The notes below the pieces were generated by a model. The model made no database searches. It worked only from the letters and a program-made list of their open reading frames with translations, and was not told where the DNA came from. A DNA stretch of 43,207 nt from an uncultured Candidatus Saccharibacteria bacterium (GTDB taxonomy: Bacteria > Patescibacteriota > Saccharimonadia > Saccharimonadales > UBA4665). The DNA is taken from assembly GCA_964640775.1 (NCBI GenBank), contig CAZXIT010000002.1, forward strand, positions 1 to 43,207, read 5' to 3'. Shown piece by piece: positions 9,056 to 17,676 of the stretch (its first letter is position 1; each line of letters opens with the position of its first letter). Made by a program: the position numbers and the translations under genes.

Positions 9056-10018
9056 ATGAGATCAGCACCTCGAGCTGTAGACGGTCTGGCTGATACTATG
9101 CCTCAGGATGAAGCTTCCAGCATCAGAATTGCCGGAGAAATCGACGGCAGCATATACATAGCTTGTCGTGACGGCTCTCAAGATGGCGAAAATCCATTGG
9201 GTCAATTAACGTCAGTTGAGTACGAAGTTCTCGCGGGAGGTGCTCAAGGCTGGAGATACACAACCATTGCTCATGATATAGACAGGGCCATATCAACAGT
9301 CAGAACTCATCTCCATAATATCTTTACGAAACTAGATGTGGTTGATATGGAAGGGGCGGCTAGCTTTATCCCCATCAAGAAGACTGTACTGGAAGCCCAC
9401 GCTTTACACGAGGCAGATGGGACCCCCAAGACCCCTAAATTGAGCGATACTGAAGAGCAAGTTTTAGAACAGATTGCAGGCGGTCTGGTATCTAAGCAAA
9501 TTGCGCAGCAGCGCAAACGTGCAGTATCAACTGCACGAACGCACCGCATGAGTCTTGCAAATAAACTTGGCATTACCCCCGATGTAGAGCGCAGGGGGGT
9601 AATGCTGCGCAGAATTGCCGGCGGTCTGCAAAATCTTAATATCTATGCACAGCTGAGCCTCTCCATTGAAAGCCAGCTAGACCCCGAAATCACGGCAATA
9701 CTGGCAAAATGCGATCAATTAGTCGATGGACAGACGATCAAAGAGCTTGGTGCAAACGTGATATATACCGCGGAAAACAAGAGCTTGCTCAATAGACTTG
9801 GTCAAGGGGGGTATATTTCTCATGACGCTGCCATGAGCGGCCATTTGGATTTGCAAGGCTTAGTAGCTGCTTCATTGATTCGGCGCGCACGTGACGGCGG
9901 AATACCGCGAGCCACCGACCATATCGTCAACAGCATCGTCAGAAAGCGTACTAACGCCCATTTAGATCATCAAAGAGCGGCCGGTACTGAGCCGAGGCGC
10001 TCTGTCCATGTCTCATAA
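9056..10018 (+). CDS. LuxR/GerE-family DNA-binding protein with three tandem HTH repeats and an unassigned C-terminus
   Basis: HTH1, aa 51-94: LTSVEYEVLAGGAQGWRYTTIAHDIDRAISTVRTHLHNIFTKLDV. HTH2, aa 129-172: LSDTEEQVLEQIAGGLVSKQIAQQRKRAVSTARTHRMSLANKLGI. HTH3, degenerate, aa 208-249: LDPEITAILAKCDQLVDGQTIKELGANVIYTAENKSLLNRLG. SD AAGGAG lies 5 nt upstream of the ATG. G+C is visibly lower than in the neighbours. Confidence 0.75.
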   Translation: MRSAPRAVDGLADTMPQDEASSIRIAGEIDGSIYIACRDGSQDGENPLGQLTSVEYEVLAGGAQGWRYTTIAHDIDRAISTVRTHLHNIFTKLDVVDMEGAASFIPIKKTVLEAHALHEADGTPKTPKLSDTEEQVLEQIAGGLVSKQIAQQRKRAVSTARTHRMSLANKLGITPDVERRGVMLRRIAGGLQNLNIYAQLSLSIESQLDPEITAILAKCDQLVDGQTIKELGANVIYTAENKSLLNRLGQGGYISHDAAMSGHLDLQGLVAASLIRRARDGGIPRATDHIVNSIVRKRTNAHLDHQRAAGTEPRRSVHVS

Positions 10019-11388
10019 ATCATATGGGCTTTTTGGGCAGCCAGGCCGGTGTAATATTTTTCGGGTTCTTGGAGGATTTGTTTTTCGGAGTCAGTGAACT
10101 TGTTGAAGTAATCGGTGATCGCACTATCCTCGGACGCAACTTCGTACAGCGACCGGTCACTTTCTAATGCTTGGTGGGCCAGCAGCTTGGCAACCTCGTG
10201 GCCGCCGGTGTGGCCGTATTTTTCCAGCAGCAAGTACAGCGGTTCGGCCGCGATGGCGCCGCCGCTGAGGTACAGATTGCGCTTCATACTGTCCTCGTCG
10301 ACTTCGATTTTGGCCATGACAATGCCGAGACGCTGGGCCATGGAGGCAACGCTAGCCAGGACGACGGCGTAAAAGCGGGCCGAGGCAGAATCGGTTAAGT
10401 CACGCTGGTGCTCGCTGCTGAGGTTGAGGTTGGCATTGACGAGCTGGGCAGTGACTTGCTTGGACATACTGATGACATTCTCAAAATTCCAGGGGTTGCG
10501 CTTGTGGGCCATGGTACTGGAGCCTGTCTGGCCGGGATCAAAATGCTCCCGGACTTCGGCGATTTCGCTGCGCTGCAGATGGCGCATATCATGTGATAAA
10601 TTGGCCATAATACCGGCTGAAATGGTTAGCTCGTCCAGCAGCCGTACGTAATTTTCAGCAGGAATAATCTGAGTCGAGTAGGGCGCTGGCGTGAGGTTGA
10701 GATAGCCCAAAACGGTTGTCTCAAACTGCATCGGATCATCGACGAACAGGCTCAAGGCATTATAGGCGCCGACAGCACCGGAGAATTTGCCGTGCAGACG
10801 TCCGCTGAGCGCCCGAAGGGTCATGATGTTGTCTCCCAGGCGGCTGACGTATTCGGCCATCGCAAAACCAAAAGTGACCGGTACCGCGTGCTGGCCATGG
10901 GTTCGCCCTACTTGGACAGTTTCGGCATAGTCTTTGGTCAGGCGCAGCAAGCTCTTTTCCAGCTCGACTAGGCGAGGCAAGACAACTTCATTGGCTGCCG
11001 CTCGCAGCTGCAGGCTAAGGGCGGTGGCGACAATATCGTAGGAAGTCGCGCCAAAATGGACATAGGGCTTGGCTTCATCAGATAGCCCGGCTTTGATGCA
11101 ATTTACCAAGGCTTTGACATCGTGTTTGGTGGTTTTTTCCTCTTCGGCTACAGTCTCAGCGGTAACCTTGCTGGCGGCCATTTCGATTTCTTCGGCGATC
11201 TCTCTCGAGCAAACGCCAAATTCAGCCAGTGCATGGGCCAAAGCGGCCTCGACATAGGCCTGGTAGGCAACTCGGCTGCGCTCAGACAAATAGCAGGCAA
11301 TGCTGGGATCGTAGTAACGGCTGTCCAAGGGGTCGATAGCGCTGAAATTGGCGGTCGAATCAACCATCGGCAAGTTGATTGGCTTCAT
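9970..11388 (-). CDS. purB: adenylosuccinate lyase
   Basis: 472 aa with the fumarase/ASL superfamily signature GSSTMAHKRNPWNFEN. N-terminal DPLDSRYY motif. A 4-nt start/stop overlap with purC. Confidence 0.93.
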   Translation of the reverse strand: MKPINLPMVDSTANFSAIDPLDSRYYDPSIACYLSERSRVAYQAYVEAALAHALAEFGVCSREIAEEIEMAASKVTAETVAEEEKTTKHDVKALVNCIKAGLSDEAKPYVHFGATSYDIVATALSLQLRAAANEVVLPRLVELEKSLLRLTKDYAETVQVGRTHGQHAVPVTFGFAMAEYVSRLGDNIMTLRALSGRLHGKFSGAVGAYNALSLFVDDPMQFETTVLGYLNLTPAPYSTQIIPAENYVRLLDELTISAGIMANLSHDMRHLQRSEIAEVREHFDPGQTGSSTMAHKRNPWNFENVISMSKQVTAQLVNANLNLSSEHQRDLTDSASARFYAVVLASVASMAQRLGIVMAKIEVDEDSMKRNLYLSGGAIAAEPLYLLLEKYGHTGGHEVAKLLAHQALESDRSLYEVASEDSAITDYFNKFTDSEKQILQEPEKYYTGLAAQKAHMIYETWTERLGSVPAAL

Positions 11389-12350
11389 GAAGCAGCCTTT
11401 TTCAGGTATCGCAAAGTGTTGGCCTGGATTCGTTCCTGGACATCATCTGCTACGGGTGCTTTGACAAATTTCTGGCCGCTCATTTCCTCGTACAGCTCTA
11501 TATAGCGCTCCGTCACCATATTTAAAAATTCATCAGTCAAGTCCGGCATCGTTTCGCCAGGATTACCGTTAAAACCCTGTTCCATCAGCCACTCCCGCAC
11601 GAATTCTTTGGATAAATGCTTGGGTGTGATATCTTTTTGGCCGCCAACATAGGCGTCGTAACCGTCGGCGTAAAAGTAGCGTGACGAATCGGGCGTATGT
11701 ATTTCGTCAATCAGGATAAGCTTGCCGTCTAGACGTCCGAATTCGTACTTGGTGTCGGCTAGCACCAGGCCACGAGCCCGAGCCATCTCTTGGCCGCGGG
11801 CAAACAATTTGCGCATGTAGTCCTTAATCTGCTGCCATTCCTCGGGAGTCGATAGGCCCTGGGCAAAAATCTCTGCTTCGGTCATATCTTCATCGTGACC
11901 GACATCTGCCTTGCTAGTCGGTGTGATGAGCGGTTCGGGAAAAGCGTCGTATTCTGCCATACCCTCTGGCATAGCAGCACCCGAAATTTCGCGCTTGCCA
12001 GCTTGGTATTCGCGCCAGGCATGCCCGACTAGACAGCTACGGACAATTAATTCGACCATCACCGGCTCGGCTTTGAACCCAGCGCTAACATTGGGATCCG
12101 GCACCGCCTGCAGCCAATTCGGCATGATATCACTCGTCGCTTCTAGGAAATGCGCCGCCAATTGGTTCAAAACCTGCCCTTTATAGGGAACCGGCCGCGG
12201 CAAGATGACGTCAAAGCACGAAATCCTATCAGTAGCTATAATGACTATTTGCTTGTCCCCGATACTGTACACGTCGCGGACTTTGCCATGATACAGCGCG
12301 CTCTGGCCGGGAAATGTAAAGTCAGTAGTAGAGATTGCCTGTATACCCAT
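11385..12350 (-). CDS. purC: phosphoribosylaminoimidazole-succinocarboxamide (SAICAR) synthase, long form
   Basis: Motif GKVRDVYSIGDKQIVIIATDRISCFDV; 321 aa. On the minus strand TATAAT lies 7 nt upstream of the ATG. Confidence 0.93.
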   Translation of the reverse strand: MGIQAISTTDFTFPGQSALYHGKVRDVYSIGDKQIVIIATDRISCFDVILPRPVPYKGQVLNQLAAHFLEATSDIMPNWLQAVPDPNVSAGFKAEPVMVELIVRSCLVGHAWREYQAGKREISGAAMPEGMAEYDAFPEPLITPTSKADVGHDEDMTEAEIFAQGLSTPEEWQQIKDYMRKLFARGQEMARARGLVLADTKYEFGRLDGKLILIDEIHTPDSSRYFYADGYDAYVGGQKDITPKHLSKEFVREWLMEQGFNGNPGETMPDLTDEFLNMVTERYIELYEEMSGQKFVKAPVADDVQERIQANTLRYLKKAAS

Positions 12351-12357
12351 TACCCCT

Positions 12358-12372
12358 ATTATACGGTATGAT
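12358..12372. promoter_or_regulatory. 15-nt near-palindrome ATTATACGGTATGAT: back-to-back -10 hexamers for purC (minus) and purE (plus)
   Basis: The left half read on the minus strand is TATAAT, 7 nt upstream of the purC ATG. The right half on the plus strand is TATGAT, upstream of the SD-led purE. It matches the 16544-16558 element at 12 of 15 positions. Confidence 0.55.
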
Positions 12373-12412
12373 TATTGTATAAGGAAAGTCTTTGATAAAA
12401 CAGGAGGAAAAA

Positions 12413-12922
12413 ATGGCTAGTCCGCTCGTAGGAATTATTATGGGATCTGACTCTGATTTAGACGTCATGAGCGTCAGCGCTAAAGTACTTGATGAATTTG
12501 GTATTGCCAATGAAGTGCGCGTCTTGTCAGCCCACCGCACACCTGACGAAACCAGCGCCTATGTCCGCGGCGCCGCTGATAGGGGACTTAAAATAATCAT
12601 CGCCGGTGCCGGCGGCTCGGCCCACCTGGCCGGTGTCACGGCCGCCCAGACCAATCTGCCGGTTATCTCTATACCCGTCAAACGCGCCGAGCACGGCCAC
12701 GAAGCCCTGTGGTCCAACGTCGCCATGCCCCCCGGCATCCCTTTGGCCACCATGCCGGAGAATGGCGGCAAAAACGCCGCTCTGCTGGCAGTCCGCATCC
12801 TGGCTTTAGGCGATCCCGGGATTGCTCAAAAATACGAAGCCTTTGTCCAAAAACAGCATGACTCTGTCCTAGCCAAAGACGCCCAGCTTCAAGCCGACGG
12901 CTGGCAAAAAACCCTCAGCTAG
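12413..12922 (+). CDS. purE: PurE (N5-CAIR mutase-like, class I-type motifs)
   Basis: Motifs GIIMGSDSDLDVM, SAHRTPDE and AGAGGSAHLAGV. ATG 12413 is preceded by AGGAGG at 5-nt spacing. The ORF track opens at TTG 12392. Confidence 0.92.
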   Translation: MASPLVGIIMGSDSDLDVMSVSAKVLDEFGIANEVRVLSAHRTPDETSAYVRGAADRGLKIIIAGAGGSAHLAGVTAAQTNLPVISIPVKRAEHGHEALWSNVAMPPGIPLATMPENGGKNAALLAVRILALGDPGIAQKYEAFVQKQHDSVLAKDAQLQADGWQKTLS

Positions 12923-14183
12923 GGCGGCGGCCGATATCGGTGCGGTAGTGCATTCCCTCGAAGTTGATTTTTTGCATGGCCGCGTAGGCTTTATCCAAGG
13001 CCTCATCGAGCGTAGAACCGACAGCCGTGACGTTTAGGACGCGCCCGCCGCTGGTGACCAGCTGGCCGCCTTTATGGGCAGTTCCGGCGTGGAAGACGAC
13101 AATAGCCGCGTCTTTCTCAGCTTCTTCGATGCCGGTGATGGGCAAATCCTTTGGGTAGCTTCCAGGGTAGCCAGGGGAAGCCGCAACGACACTGACAGCA
13201 TAACTGTTTTTCCAGGCAACGGTTTTGGGGTCAAGCCTGCCATTAGCGCAAGCCAGTAGAATATCGTAGAGGTCCCCGTCCAGCAAGCGCATATACACTT
13301 CGGCTTCAGGATCGCCGAAACGGGCGTTAAACTCGACAACTTGTATATCCTCCCTGTCAATCATTAGTCCCGGATAGAGACAGCCGGTGAATGTCGCGTC
13401 TTGCTCGGCGAGACCGCGCAGCGCCGGCTGGACAATTTTTTCATTCACGTACTCAAGATGCTGTGGTGTAACCCACGGGACAGGAGCAATGACGCCCATA
13501 CCGCCGGTGTTGGGTCCCCGGTCATCGTCATTGATTTGCTTATGATCCTGGGAAGCAGGGAAGATGGCTGAGCGGCGGCCATCGCAGAGAGCATGGACCG
13601 AAACTTCTTGACCCTTCAAGAAATCTTCGACTACAACCTGGTTGCCGGAGTCACCAAAGGCGCGCTTGATCATGGTTTTGTCGATAGCTTCTTCGATATC
13701 CTCCACCGTGAAGCAGACGGTGACGCCTTTACCCTCGGCCAGGCCATCGGCTTTTATGACCACCGGCAGTGGCCGCCCCTGGGCGTAGACCAGCGCTTCA
13801 TGGGCATCGGTAAAGGTTTTATAGGCGGCCGTCGGGATATGCTCGGCGGCCATCAAGTTTTTAGACATAACCTTGGAGGATTCAATCTGGGTGGCGGCTT
13901 TGGTGGGACCAAAAATCGTCAAGCCAGCCTCCTGGAAGGCGTCGACGACACCGGCGGCCGAGGACGCTTCCTGGCCTACAACAGTCAGGTCAATGTGCTT
14001 TTCGGTGGCAAAACGCAGCAGTTCCGGCACATCGAGAAAGCCGATAGCGACGCTCTCGACAGCGCCGCGGCTGCCGGCGTTGCCGGGCGCTACGTACACT
14101 TTGTCAACTTTGTCTGATTGCGCCAGTTTCCAGGCCAAGGCCTGTTCGCGGCCGCCGCTGCCAATCACCAAAACTTTGGCCAT
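12915..14183 (-). CDS. purD: phosphoribosylamine-glycine ligase (GAR synthetase)
   Basis: 422 aa. N-terminus MAKVLVIGSGGREQALAWKL, ATP-grasp core, and C-terminal GGRVLNVTA. Confidence 0.94.
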   Translation of the reverse strand: MAKVLVIGSGGREQALAWKLAQSDKVDKVYVAPGNAGSRGAVESVAIGFLDVPELLRFATEKHIDLTVVGQEASSAAGVVDAFQEAGLTIFGPTKAATQIESSKVMSKNLMAAEHIPTAAYKTFTDAHEALVYAQGRPLPVVIKADGLAEGKGVTVCFTVEDIEEAIDKTMIKRAFGDSGNQVVVEDFLKGQEVSVHALCDGRRSAIFPASQDHKQINDDDRGPNTGGMGVIAPVPWVTPQHLEYVNEKIVQPALRGLAEQDATFTGCLYPGLMIDREDIQVVEFNARFGDPEAEVYMRLLDGDLYDILLACANGRLDPKTVAWKNSYAVSVVAASPGYPGSYPKDLPITGIEEAEKDAAIVVFHAGTAHKGGQLVTSGGRVLNVTAVGSTLDEALDKAYAAMQKINFEGMHYRTDIGRRPS

Positions 14184-14185
14184 GA

Positions 14186-14872
14186 TTATTCCTTTTCCTT
14201 TATGTAGGCCCGCCGGCCCTTGATGAAGTCTTCGATATCACCGGGTAAATAGTGTTTTTCGGCGGCCTGTACCCGTGCAAACAATGTTTCTGAGGTATCA
14301 CCAGGCTCCACCGGCACCTTGTGCTCGGCCAAAATCGGTCCCTCGTCATAATCTTCTGAAATCAGGTGCAGGCTTTGGCCGCCGTAGGGCAGGCCTTTAT
14401 CAAGGATGTAGCGCTGTATTTGCTCGCCGTACATGGCTTTGGTATCAGGCAGCAGCCCGGGATGGGTATTAAGCATCATAGCCTGGTATATGCTAGTGTA
14501 TTCCGGATGCCAGCCAAACGCCGCAATCAGCCGCGGACCGATTCGTTTCATATAGCCAAGGGAAGCGATGACATCAAACTGGCCGGCTTGCAAAAGTTCT
14601 AGGATGGCACCTTCTTCGGCGCCGGTCTGGTGTCCGCGTTCGACTGTCTCCCCGGCAGCGACCGGGTGTGTGGCGCTGTTGATGAGCTGGCAGGTGATCG
14701 ATAATCCAAATTCTTCGTTGAGGTCCTTGATGCGCTGGAAAATACCGGCATCTTTGCGGCTGGCAATCACCACACCGACTTCGGCAGTGATCTCACCATG
14801 CTGACCGGCCCGAATAAAGGCCTCGGCCGTTGTACCACCCCCCGAAGCTAGGACGGCGATACGCGGCTTCAT
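14186..14872 (-). CDS. purN: phosphoribosylglycinamide formyltransferase
   Basis: N-terminal IAVLASGGGT, and the formyltransferase motifs NTHPGLLP and DEGPILAEHKVPV. It carries some insertions relative to canonical PurN. A 4-nt overlap with the purF stop. Confidence 0.85.
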   Translation of the reverse strand: MKPRIAVLASGGGTTAEAFIRAGQHGEITAEVGVVIASRKDAGIFQRIKDLNEEFGLSITCQLINSATHPVAAGETVERGHQTGAEEGAILELLQAGQFDVIASLGYMKRIGPRLIAAFGWHPEYTSIYQAMMLNTHPGLLPDTKAMYGEQIQRYILDKGLPYGGQSLHLISEDYDEGPILAEHKVPVEPGDTSETLFARVQAAEKHYLPGDIEDFIKGRRAYIKEKE

Positions 14873-16380
14873 GCGGTGCGGGCAGTCGCCAGCTTGGTTT
14901 GTGTGCGCGTACCTTTGGGCAAGACTTTGCCGGGTCCGACTTTGGTGATCTCAGCCGCCCGCTTGCCAATCGAAATTGGGTACTCACCGGTGAAACAGGA
15001 GTTGGTAAAGCTGCCGGCAGGATGGCCGGTAGCCTGGATCATGCCGTCGAACGACAGGAAGTGCAGCGATGTGGCTCCGACATGATCACGCATCTCCGAG
15101 ACAGTCATATACGCGGCCAGCAGGTCAGTCTGCTTGGGCGTGTTGATGCCGTAAAAATCGGGGTAGCGCACTGGCGGGCTGGAGATCAGCAGGTGGACTT
15201 CACGAGCGCCAGCATCAAACATCATGGAGACTAGATGACCCATGGTCGTGCCGCGAACGATAGAATCATCAATCAGCACTACCCGCTTGTCCTTAATAGT
15301 TTCGATAACCGGATTAAGCTTCATTTTGACATCGCGTTCGCGTAGCGCCGTCGTGGGACGAATAAAGGTACGGTGGATATAGCGGTTTTTGATGAGCCCC
15401 ATCTCGAATGGAATGCCCGTAGCCTGGGAGTAGCCAATAGCGGCTGGTATGCCGGAGTCAGGTACAGGGATAACGACGTCGGCTTCAATCGGGAACTCTT
15501 TGGCCATCACCCGGCCAAAGTTTTTGCGGACAACTTCGACGCGCTCGCCAAGCAGCAGGCTGTCGGGGCGGGCAAAGTAAACCATTTCAAACATATCCAG
15601 CCGCAGATCGCCTTTGACTACCTGGTGCGAGGTAATGCCGCTTTCATCGATAACGACCAGTTCGCCCGGTTCAACATCCCTTAGGAAAGTAGCGCCGATA
15701 GTATCAAATGCACAGGTCTCAGAAGCTACGGCGTAGCCGCCGTCTGCCATGGTGCCAATCGACAGCGGGCGAACGCCGCAGCGGTCACGGAAGGCAATTA
15801 GGCGATTGGTATCCATCACGACAGAGGAGAAGACGCCGGTAAATAATGGGTAGGCCTCAGCGACAGCTTCCGGCAAATCCAGGCCATCATCTATGTAGCA
15901 GCCTATGGGCGCCGACATCATCGACGAATCATTGAGCTTGTCGAGACTAACACCGCGATTGCTGAGGAATTCCTCCAGCTTGCTGAAGTCCGGCAGATTG
16001 CCGTTGTGGGCAAACGCGAATTTGCGCTGATAGTCGACGAACGGCTGGTTGTAACAGTCAGCGGCGCCGCCAGAGGTGGAATAACGGTTATGGCCGATAG
16101 CGATATGGCCCGGCAGCTGCTCCAAGTCTTCTTCGCGGTAGACTGTTGCTACCAGGCCTTGGGCGGTATGCACATGCAGGTCAGTTCCGTCACTGCTGGC
16201 TATGCCGGAGCTCTCTTGGCCGCGGTGCTGCAGCGCCCACAGGCCATAAAAAGCTAAACGAGCCGCTTCCAGGCCCGTTTGCGTGTCAGATTTGTGGCTG
16301 CCGACGGCCGCCGTACGTCCGATGACGCCAAACACCGCGCACTTTTCCTTGAGTTGATCGCTGCCAATATCTAGCGGCAT
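14869..16380 (-). CDS. purF: amidophosphoribosyltransferase
   Basis: Ntn-amidotransferase with a 13-residue propeptide before CAVFGVIG. PRTase loop VVLIDDSIVRGTT. SD AGGAG lies 7 nt upstream of the ATG. Confidence 0.94.
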   Translation of the reverse strand: MPLDIGSDQLKEKCAVFGVIGRTAAVGSHKSDTQTGLEAARLAFYGLWALQHRGQESSGIASSDGTDLHVHTAQGLVATVYREEDLEQLPGHIAIGHNRYSTSGGAADCYNQPFVDYQRKFAFAHNGNLPDFSKLEEFLSNRGVSLDKLNDSSMMSAPIGCYIDDGLDLPEAVAEAYPLFTGVFSSVVMDTNRLIAFRDRCGVRPLSIGTMADGGYAVASETCAFDTIGATFLRDVEPGELVVIDESGITSHQVVKGDLRLDMFEMVYFARPDSLLLGERVEVVRKNFGRVMAKEFPIEADVVIPVPDSGIPAAIGYSQATGIPFEMGLIKNRYIHRTFIRPTTALRERDVKMKLNPVIETIKDKRVVLIDDSIVRGTTMGHLVSMMFDAGAREVHLLISSPPVRYPDFYGINTPKQTDLLAAYMTVSEMRDHVGATSLHFLSFDGMIQATGHPAGSFTNSCFTGEYPISIGKRAAEITKVGPGKVLPKGTRTQTKLATARTA

Positions 16381-16384
16381 AGCC

Positions 16385-16417
16385 GGCTCCTATTTTTAAT
16401 TTTTGAAGCTAGGCGCC
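16385..16417 (-). promoter_or_regulatory. possible SD-sequestering hairpin in the purF leader
   Basis: In the minus-strand RNA, GGCGCCUA pairs with UAGGAGCC, which contains the purF SD. That is 7 of 8 pairs with one G-A mismatch, across a 17-nt A/U-rich loop. Confidence 0.35.
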
Positions 16418-16543
16418 CAGATTGGCTGCTCGTTGCTGAGAAACGAGGGGAACAAAAAAGATCCGGTTGACACCTATCAATCATCTGCTCTTATCTTAAG
16501 CATTTCCGGGGACTCTGGCAACCCTAATTTTCGCATGGGTCAA

Positions 16544-16558
16544 ATTGTACGGTACAAT
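16544..16558. promoter_or_regulatory. perfect palindrome ATTGTAC-G-GTACAAT: back-to-back TACAAT -10 hexamers in the purF/purM divergent region
   Basis: 7+1+7 perfect inverted repeat. Plus-strand TACAAT (16553-16558) has TTCGCA 17 nt upstream and lies 17 nt before the purM ATG. The minus strand also reads TACAAT (16549-16544). Confidence 0.55.
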
Positions 16559-16575
16559 AAACCAATAAGGGGACT

Positions 16576-17676
16576 ATGACCAAGAAGCTTTCGTATCATC
16601 AATCCGTCAATTACGACCAGGCCGATCCCGTAAAAGTGCTGGCTCAAAAAGAGGGCCTGGCAACAACCAAAAATTTACCGGCGGGTTTTAGCGAGGTGGA
16701 TGGCACCCGCGGCGAATCAGCCTATGTTTTTAGTTTTGACACTGGCACATGGGGAGCCTTTGTTCAGGAGGGCCTCGGCACCAAGAGCCTGATTGCCCAA
16801 GCCGTCTACGAGCAAACCGGCACCAGCCACTTTGCCGCTGTTGCCCAGGACACCGTAGCCTGCGTCATCAATGACCTGGCCAGCGTCGGCGCAACCCCCA
16901 TAGTACTGAATGCTTACTGGTCGTCAAACTCCTACGAATGGTTAACTGATGAAACGCTGGCCGCAGATCTCATCAAAGGCTGGCGGTCGGCTTGCGACGA
17001 CGCCAAAGTCGTCTGGGGCGGCGGTGAAACCCAGTCGCTGTCCGGTCTGGTAGAAAATGGCCGGCTGGAACTAGCCGGCTCGGCCTTTGGCGTCATCAAA
17101 GAAGCCAGACACCTGGTGCAGGGCAAAAATCTGCAGGCGGGCGATGCTATCGTACTGGTCGAATCCAGCGGCGTCCACGCCAACGGCATCAGCCTGATCC
17201 GCGAACTTGCCGCTCAGCTGACAGATGGCTACCAGACGAAGATGGCCGACGGTGCTCTGTTTGGCGCAACGGCACTGGTGCCGTCACACATTTACGCCCA
17301 ATTTGTCACGGCTCTGCAGGCTGCAGATTTGGATATCCACTACCTGTCAAATATTACTGGCCACGGCTGGCGCAAACTTATGCGCGCCACCGAAGACTTT
17401 AGCTATGTCATAAACGAAGTGCCGATAGTACCTGAAATATTTCGATTTATCGGTGAACAGGCCGACAATGACCTCACTGAGATGTACGGCAATTACAATA
17501 TGGGCGCCGGCTATGCCGTCTACTTGCCGGCCGAGCAAGCTGCCGACGCCAAAATGGTTGCCGAGCAATGCGGCTTCAAAGCCTGGATTGCCGGTACTGT
17601 AACGACTGGACCCAAGCAAGTCATCATCAAACCGCTGGATATTACCTTTGCTGGTGACAGCCTGGAGGTCCGCTAG
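16576..17676 (+). CDS. purM: phosphoribosylformylglycinamidine cyclo-ligase (AIR synthetase), divergent form
   Basis: PurM-superfamily motif series: [79 protein letters not shown]. Confidence 0.82.
   Translation: MTKKLSYHQSVNYDQADPVKVLAQKEGLATTKNLPAGFSEVDGTRGESAYVFSFDTGTWGAFVQEGLGTKSLIAQAVYEQTGTSHFAAVAQDTVACVINDLASVGATPIVLNAYWSSNSYEWLTDETLAADLIKGWRSACDDAKVVWGGGETQSLSGLVENGRLELAGSAFGVIKEARHLVQGKNLQAGDAIVLVESSGVHANGISLIRELAAQLTDGYQTKMADGALFGATALVPSHIYAQFVTALQAADLDIHYLSNITGHGWRKLMRATEDFSYVINEVPIVPEIFRFIGEQADNDLTEMYGNYNMGAGYAVYLPAEQAADAKMVAEQCGFKAWIAGTVTTGPKQVIIKPLDITFAGDSLEVR

Noticed and set aside
16381-16575. A known riboswitch class (guanine, ZTP/pfl, PRPP or guanidine ykkC, THF) in the purF/purM intergenic region.
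   Set aside because: Only fragmentary resemblance. The minus-strand UUAGGGUUGCC resembles the 5' end of ykkC, and CUGGGCGCC vaguely recalls the ZTP 3' box. The other conserved blocks are absent (GGUCCGAGAG, ACACGG, CCCGGGAG; GACUGGCG, CCGCCUGGGC). I kept it only as an unclassified structured-leader candidate.
16535-16579. A 14-codon upstream [17 protein letters not shown], ending in an ATGA overlap with the purM start.
   Set aside because: It has no Shine-Dalgarno, and the best purM -10 (TACAAT, 16553-16558) lies inside it. It would be transcribed only from a more distal promoter. I mention it under the leader finding but do not call it a gene.
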